From the NCBI GenBank assembly GCA_965112735.1, contig CBCOSG010000002.1, positions 1 to 64,000 on the forward strand: DNA of 64,000 bases. The letters run 5' to 3'. A model generated the notes under the pieces. The model ran no database searches. It worked only from the letters and a program-made list of their open reading frames with translations, and was not told where the DNA came from. The stretch comes from Phaeosaccion multiseriatum. Its lineage: Eukaryota; Protista; Ochrophyta, other classes. The translations under genes and the position numbers were made by a program. Shown piece by piece: positions 59,512 to 64,000 of this stretch (the stretch's first letter is position 1; every line of letters starts with the position of its first letter).

Positions 59512-60030
59512 TTAAAAGTTTTTTACAGTTAATCGTCCAGTTGTTCTAAGCCAGTTTTGGGCTTCAATATAATTATTAGGGGCTAAGTTTACTGCTTGTT
59601 TCCAATATTCAGCTGCTTTATCAAATAAAATTGTTGCAACTTCTGTATTTTGTTTTTCTGAAGCTTTAACTCCTTGGTAATGGTATATAACTGCTACATT
59701 GTTTAAAGCTTGAAATAAATTTGAATTTAGTTCAATAGCTTGATGATAATACTCTAATGCTTTAATGTATTCACCATTACTTGCATATATCAAACCAATG
59801 TTATAAAGGATAAAACTTCGATCATAAAGATCTTCTTCCATTTGTAACGCTTCATAATAATTTTCTAATGCTTCAGCATATTCTCCTTCAGACTGGGCTG
59901 AAAGTCCATCCCTGTAATAAAAAAAAGCCTGTTTTTCTTCTTTGCTTGCGGGAAATACTTTAAGTAGAATATCCGCCATAACCGTGAAAGTTTTGTCAAT
60001 GAAATTATCATTTCTTTGTGAACGCCCCAT
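59512..60030 (-). CDS. ycf3: Photosystem I assembly protein Ycf3
   Basis: [16 protein letters not shown] repeats, NYIEAQNWL. Confidence 0.98.
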   Translation of the reverse strand: MGRSQRNDNFIDKTFTVMADILLKVFPASKEEKQAFFYYRDGLSAQSEGEYAEALENYYEALQMEEDLYDRSFILYNIGLIYASNGEYIKALEYYHQAIELNSNLFQALNNVAVIYHYQGVKASEKQNTEVATILFDKAAEYWKQAVNLAPNNYIEAQNWLRTTGRLTVKNF

Positions 60031-60115
60031 ATTTTAGCTCACCTTAGTTATTATAAAATAACCGAAAAAGTATTATTAGTTTGTTTTTTTATACTACGTA
60101 TAGACTATTATTAAA

Positions 60116-60331
60116 TTAATCATCTCTAGAGTTTAACGCAAGCAAGTGCAAAATACGTGCACGTTTTACTGATTTAGTCAATTGGTGCTGTTGTTTTAAA
60201 GTTAAACGGGTTACTCGACGAGGTAATATTTTTCCCCGGACACTTAAAAAAGATTTTAATAAATCTATATCTTTATAATCAATAATTTGCTTAGGGGGCA
60301 ATGACTGTGGACGACGTTTAATAAAAGGCAT
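60116..60331 (-). CDS. rps18: 30S ribosomal protein S18
   Basis: [18 protein letters not shown]. Confidence 0.96.
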   Translation of the reverse strand: MPFIKRRPQSLPPKQIIDYKDIDLLKSFLSVRGKILPRRVTRLTLKQQHQLTKSVKRARILHLLALNSRDD

Positions 60332-60335
60332 AAAT

Positions 60336-60530
60336 TTATTTTGTTTCTTTGTGAATAATATGTGAATTACAATTCGAGCAAAATTTTTTTAACTCTATCC
60401 GGTTTGGCGTGGTACGGCGATTTTTTTCCGTACTGTAACGTGAAACACCTGGCGAACGTTTCATTGTTTCTGTTTTACAATTTGTACATTCTAATGTAAC
60501 TAAAATCCTAACACCTTTGCTTTTGGCCAT
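60336..60530 (-). CDS. rpl33: 50S ribosomal protein L33
   Basis: TLECT, GVSRY, ELKKFC, HKETK. Confidence 0.97.
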   Translation of the reverse strand: MAKSKGVRILVTLECTNCKTETMKRSPGVSRYSTEKNRRTTPNRIELKKFCSNCNSHIIHKETK

Positions 60531-60762
60531 AAATTTAAAAAGAGTTTTTCTTACATAGTATTATATAAATTTAAATATAAAAGCAAGCTTTATATTTTAC
60601 TTTATGGAATACTACCTAAGAATTTTTTTTACAGGTTGACATAGTTAATGTATAATAGCTTATAATATTATCCACATACTATAGAAATATAGACATAAAT
60701 AACTCAGATTCTAGTTTTTGTTATTTATACCGTTTTAAAGTTTAACTAACCACAATTATTAT

Positions 60763-61053
60763 ATGGCTAATTCCAAATCAGCAACTAAAAGAATAAAAGT
60801 AAATAAAAGAAATCATGATAGAAATTTAAATATTAAATCAAGTATGAAAACTTTTATAAAAAAATATTTTCAAGTTTTAAGAGAATATGAAATTACTAAG
60901 AGTAATGAAAAATATGAGGGAGCTTTAAAGTTATTATCAATAGCTTACAGTAAAATCGATAAAGCACAAAAAAATAATTTACTTCACCGTAATACAGCAG
61001 CTCATAAAAAAGCCCGATTAAAAAAAGCTTTAGCCAAATTCGAAACTAATTAA
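60763..61053 (+). CDS. rps20: 30S ribosomal protein S20
   Basis: MANSKSATKRI, SKIDKA, HRNTAAHKKARL. Confidence 0.96.
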   Translation: MANSKSATKRIKVNKRNHDRNLNIKSSMKTFIKKYFQVLREYEITKSNEKYEGALKLLSIAYSKIDKAQKNNLLHRNTAAHKKARLKKALAKFETN

Positions 61054-61162
61054 AAATAAATTAGCTACGTCTCTCCTAAATGTCACTACTCTTTATATAA
61101 ATTATTATATAATACATTGTTATATAATAATTTATTAACTAAATTTTTAAAATATAAATAAT

Positions 61163-63565
61163 ATGTCAATTTTTGATAAAATTTTTTTTGAAATTTCTTT
61201 TGAAATACTAGAAGGAAAACGGGTCGTGGTTGAAAAATATAATATTATCGTTGAAAAATATAAACAATTTCAAAAAAGAAATGATCCAGATCCTTGGCCA
61301 GTTAAAAAAATACAATCGGATGAAGAATATATAGATGACGTAAAAGCAGTTGTAGAGACTAAAATTTTAGAACAATTAATTATAGATCTTCACGAAGCAA
61401 CAAAGATAAGATTTAAATTTGAACAACTTATTCGTTTACAATCAAATTATTACACCCAATTAGGACGAAGAGAAAAATTTATTAATAGACTTAATCAACA
61501 GAGAGTTTTTTTAATAGCCCACAAAAAATTAAATTTTAATCTTACCCCAAAATATTTAAAAGTTAAAAATATAAAGGAAAATTTAGAATTAGTTCGTGAG
61601 TGGCATGGAAAAAATAAATTATATGTCTCACGTACTCAAAGTCACCCGAATTCACCATTTCACACAAAACAGTTTAATTCTTTATTTTTTTTTAGAAAAT
61701 TAACATATATACTTAATGAAAAATATAAAGTACCACGGGCTAATGAGGCAATTTTAATTCAACGGTTAACTCCAAAGGGAGAATACAACTGGCTTAAACA
61801 TTATTTAATAAAATGCGTAGCTAAAGACTATTATTTAAATCAAATCAATTACGACCGCAATAATCCTTATTTTGTTGATAAGAAAAGAGTTGATATTCTT
61901 ATTAATGGAGGAGTACATGTAGCGTCTGTTTCAAAACCAGGACTAATTTTTAATCAAGAATATGAAGACCAAATAATTAATAAAAGTGGTATGAATTCGG
62001 CCATTATTAATGATAAAATTATTAAACCAGAAGAATCCATTTTAGAACCAAATACTGGAAAAAAGACGAAAAAATTAAGAAAGAAAAAATTTCGTAAATC
62101 AAAACAAAAAAATAGCAACATATCAACTAAAACTACCAAAGATAGACCAAGAAAAGAAAAAGAAGAACAAACAAAAAAACTTTCTAAAGCACAGAAAGAA
62201 TTTGAAGTACAATACTTTAATATGCCTAAAGGTCTTTATAATACTAAATTAAATCAATTTATAAACAAAGCTAATGTTGAATGGACTCCAGATGAAATTC
62301 ATGATTATTATTATGAATACGATGACGTAGATTATCCCGATTTTCATTTCACTCCACAATTAAGTTATGAATTTGGGGGTCAAAGAACAAGAGGAAATGT
62401 TTACTACCAAAATAATAAAGGTGGCATTAATCCTATCTTACCTATTTTTGGTGACTATGAATCATGTCTAAATGCATTCGAAGGGGCAATCAATAAGACT
62501 ACAGAATTTTGTCAATATATGGCAGCATCCACTAACATAGAACAAAGAACTGTAGTAACACTTCGGGCTATAAATAATATGTCATCTGCACAAATTATAG
62601 AAGTTGGGTTAGGTGATTTAGTTAAACATTATTGTAAAGATGAAAAAGTATGGGAAAATTTGGAAATAATTTTGATACCGTCATCTGAAGCACGAGTTTA
62701 TTCTACTAAATTAAGTTCCCAACAGAAGTTATATAAATATTTTAAATTATATTCTAAACCTCATAAATGGTTAAAAAAAGAAAAAAATGATGAACTTAAA
62801 CACATGTCAATGTCGTTTGGAGAATTACAAAAAGAGTATGAAGGGTATCTTAACTTAAAACGATTATTTTTTTTAAGATTAACTCCATATGAGTGGGCTC
62901 TAAAAGCAAGAATAAGAATGGCACTAGCCGAAAGACGACAAAGAGAAAGTAAAAAAATTATGGGGAATAAATTCAAAGCTAAAATGGCCAGACTGGAGCT
63001 GGAGTTGGAAGAGAGAACAATAAATTTAGAGATAGCTCTGGAAGAAGGAATAAAAAAATTAGAAGAAAGAACACAGGCAATAAAAGAAAGAACACAATTA
63101 TACGGCTATTTTTTTGTAAAAAAAAACATAGGAGTTGACGAGGAAATAATAAGATTAAATGAAAAAACGCAGATAGTAGAGCAAAAAACAAAATTAGTAA
63201 GACAAAAAACTGAAATCCAACAAAAATTACAAAAATTGGGAAAAACAAAAACCGAAAGAAAACAAAAAAAAGAATTAAAGAAAGAAAAGGCTGAGATTGA
63301 AAAAAAATTACGCAAAGTAAAAAAAAAGATAATTAAAGTGGATAAATTAGAGTTATCTAAACAAATAGAAATAAGCAAGCGGTTAGAAAAAGAGAGAAAA
63401 CAATTTGCAAAAGAAAGAAGAGATGAAGATAGAGAATTCGAAAAAGAAAGACAGCAAGAAATCAAACAAGAAAAAAAGGAGGAAAAAGAAAGAAAAAAAC
63501 AAATCAAAAAAGATAGACAAGAAAAAAATAAAGAGAAGAAAAAAAAGAAGCGAGAAGAAAAATAA
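61163..63565 (+). CDS. 800-aa hypothetical protein, probably a divergent Ycf80/Tic22-like protein with a K/E-rich tail
   Basis: Intact long ORF; LPIF...IIEVGLGDLVKHY...LEIILIP recalls the Ycf80/Tic22 motif pattern. Confidence 0.6.
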   Translation: MSIFDKIFFEISFEILEGKRVVVEKYNIIVEKYKQFQKRNDPDPWPVKKIQSDEEYIDDVKAVVETKILEQLIIDLHEATKIRFKFEQLIRLQSNYYTQLGRREKFINRLNQQRVFLIAHKKLNFNLTPKYLKVKNIKENLELVREWHGKNKLYVSRTQSHPNSPFHTKQFNSLFFFRKLTYILNEKYKVPRANEAILIQRLTPKGEYNWLKHYLIKCVAKDYYLNQINYDRNNPYFVDKKRVDILINGGVHVASVSKPGLIFNQEYEDQIINKSGMNSAIINDKIIKPEESILEPNTGKKTKKLRKKKFRKSKQKNSNISTKTTKDRPRKEKEEQTKKLSKAQKEFEVQYFNMPKGLYNTKLNQFINKANVEWTPDEIHDYYYEYDDVDYPDFHFTPQLSYEFGGQRTRGNVYYQNNKGGINPILPIFGDYESCLNAFEGAINKTTEFCQYMAASTNIEQRTVVTLRAINNMSSAQIIEVGLGDLVKHYCKDEKVWENLEIILIPSSEARVYSTKLSSQQKLYKYFKLYSKPHKWLKKEKNDELKHMSMSFGELQKEYEGYLNLKRLFFLRLTPYEWALKARIRMALAERRQRESKKIMGNKFKAKMARLELELEERTINLEIALEEGIKKLEERTQAIKERTQLYGYFFVKKNIGVDEEIIRLNEKTQIVEQKTKLVRQKTEIQQKLQKLGKTKTERKQKKELKKEKAEIEKKLRKVKKKIIKVDKLELSKQIEISKRLEKERKQFAKERRDEDREFEKERQQEIKQEKKEEKERKKQIKKDRQEKNKEKKKKKREEK

Positions 63566-63647
63566 ATTATATAAAAAATAATAAGGTTTAGTTATGGCCT
63601 TTATTATTTTTTTGATTGACTATAGATATGATACCTTTAATCTTAAA

Positions 63648-63729
63648 TAGGCCGAGTTGGATTTGAACCAACGTAGGCAAAACCAATGGATTTACAATCC
63701 ACCCCCTTTAACCACTCGGGCATCGACCC
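63648..63729 (-). tRNA. trnY: tRNA-Tyr(GUA)
   Basis: GGGTCGATGCCCGAGTGGTTAAAGGGG, GTA anticodon, variable arm. Confidence 0.95.
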
Positions 63730-63784
63730 ATAATACGTAGGCTTGTGCTGACATACTAATATTAGTACACGCCTACGTATTATG
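63729..63784. terminator. Stem-loop between atpA and trnY
   Basis: cataatacgtaggc pairs with gcctacgtattatg. Confidence 0.6.
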
Positions 63785-63811
63785 TCAATTGTTAAATTAA
63801 ATATAATTTAT

Positions 63812-64000
63812 TTATTTTGATTCTACTTCTGGTTCATCTGATACATAATCTTTTTTGACTTTATCTAATACCGACTGTAAAAATGATTCAGCATCTGCAT
63901 CTAAAGCTTTCTTTTTAGATATAATATCAATAAATTTTTCCTTATCTTTATTTAATGAAGTACGAACATCTGATATATAATTTTTAATTTGACTAACTTC
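63812..64000 (-). CDS. atpA: ATP synthase CF1 alpha, 3' end (partial)
   Basis: EVSQIKNYISDVRTSLNKDKEKFIDIISKKKALDADAESFLQSVL resembles the AtpA C-terminus. Confidence 0.75.
   Translation of the reverse strand, partial: EVSQIKNYISDVRTSLNKDKEKFIDIISKKKALDADAESFLQSVLDKVKKDYVSDEPEVESK

Overview
AT-rich plastid (chloroplast) DNA of a red-lineage alga, most likely a non-diatom ochrophyte (inferred from ycf54, thiG, tsf, ycf39, secA, tatC and Ycf60/Ycf80-like genes). Positions 1-6464 and 9551-16014 are mirror-image arms (i+j=16015) of a large inverted repeat carrying secA, ycf54, trnN, thiG, psaC, ccsA and rpl21. The repeat probably continues through psbA and the rRNA operon, but that cannot be seen here. 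The ~3.1 kb between the arms is a tiny small-single-copy region with scrambled sequence. It reads as a superposition of its two orientations: rpl27 and a Tic20/Ycf60-like gene on +, interleaved with rpl34 and ccs1 on -. This is best explained as a consensus built from both flip-flop isomers. Inside the repeat, between ycf54 and trnN, is a ~0.9 kb GC-richer, foreign-looking cassette: a 34-aa hydrophobic ORF, an SD-coupled frameshifted Cys-containing ORF, a long hairpin and a structured non-coding block. It looks like a plasmid/mobile-element relic and is the best candidate for something new. The rest is standard plastid content: psbY, rpl32, trnL, psbA, rrn operon, psaM, rpoB-C1-C2-rps2-tsf, the large ribosomal-protein cluster, ycf39, rpl11-1-12, trnW, an SRP RNA (ffs) absent from the ORF track, psaJ/F, petA, tatC, atpB/E, ycf3, rps18, rpl33, rps20, an 800-aa Ycf80/Tic22-like ORF, trnY and the atpA 3' end. 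Frameshifts at homopolymers in rpoC1, rps11, secY, rps5 and tatC indicate an unpolished long-read assembly.
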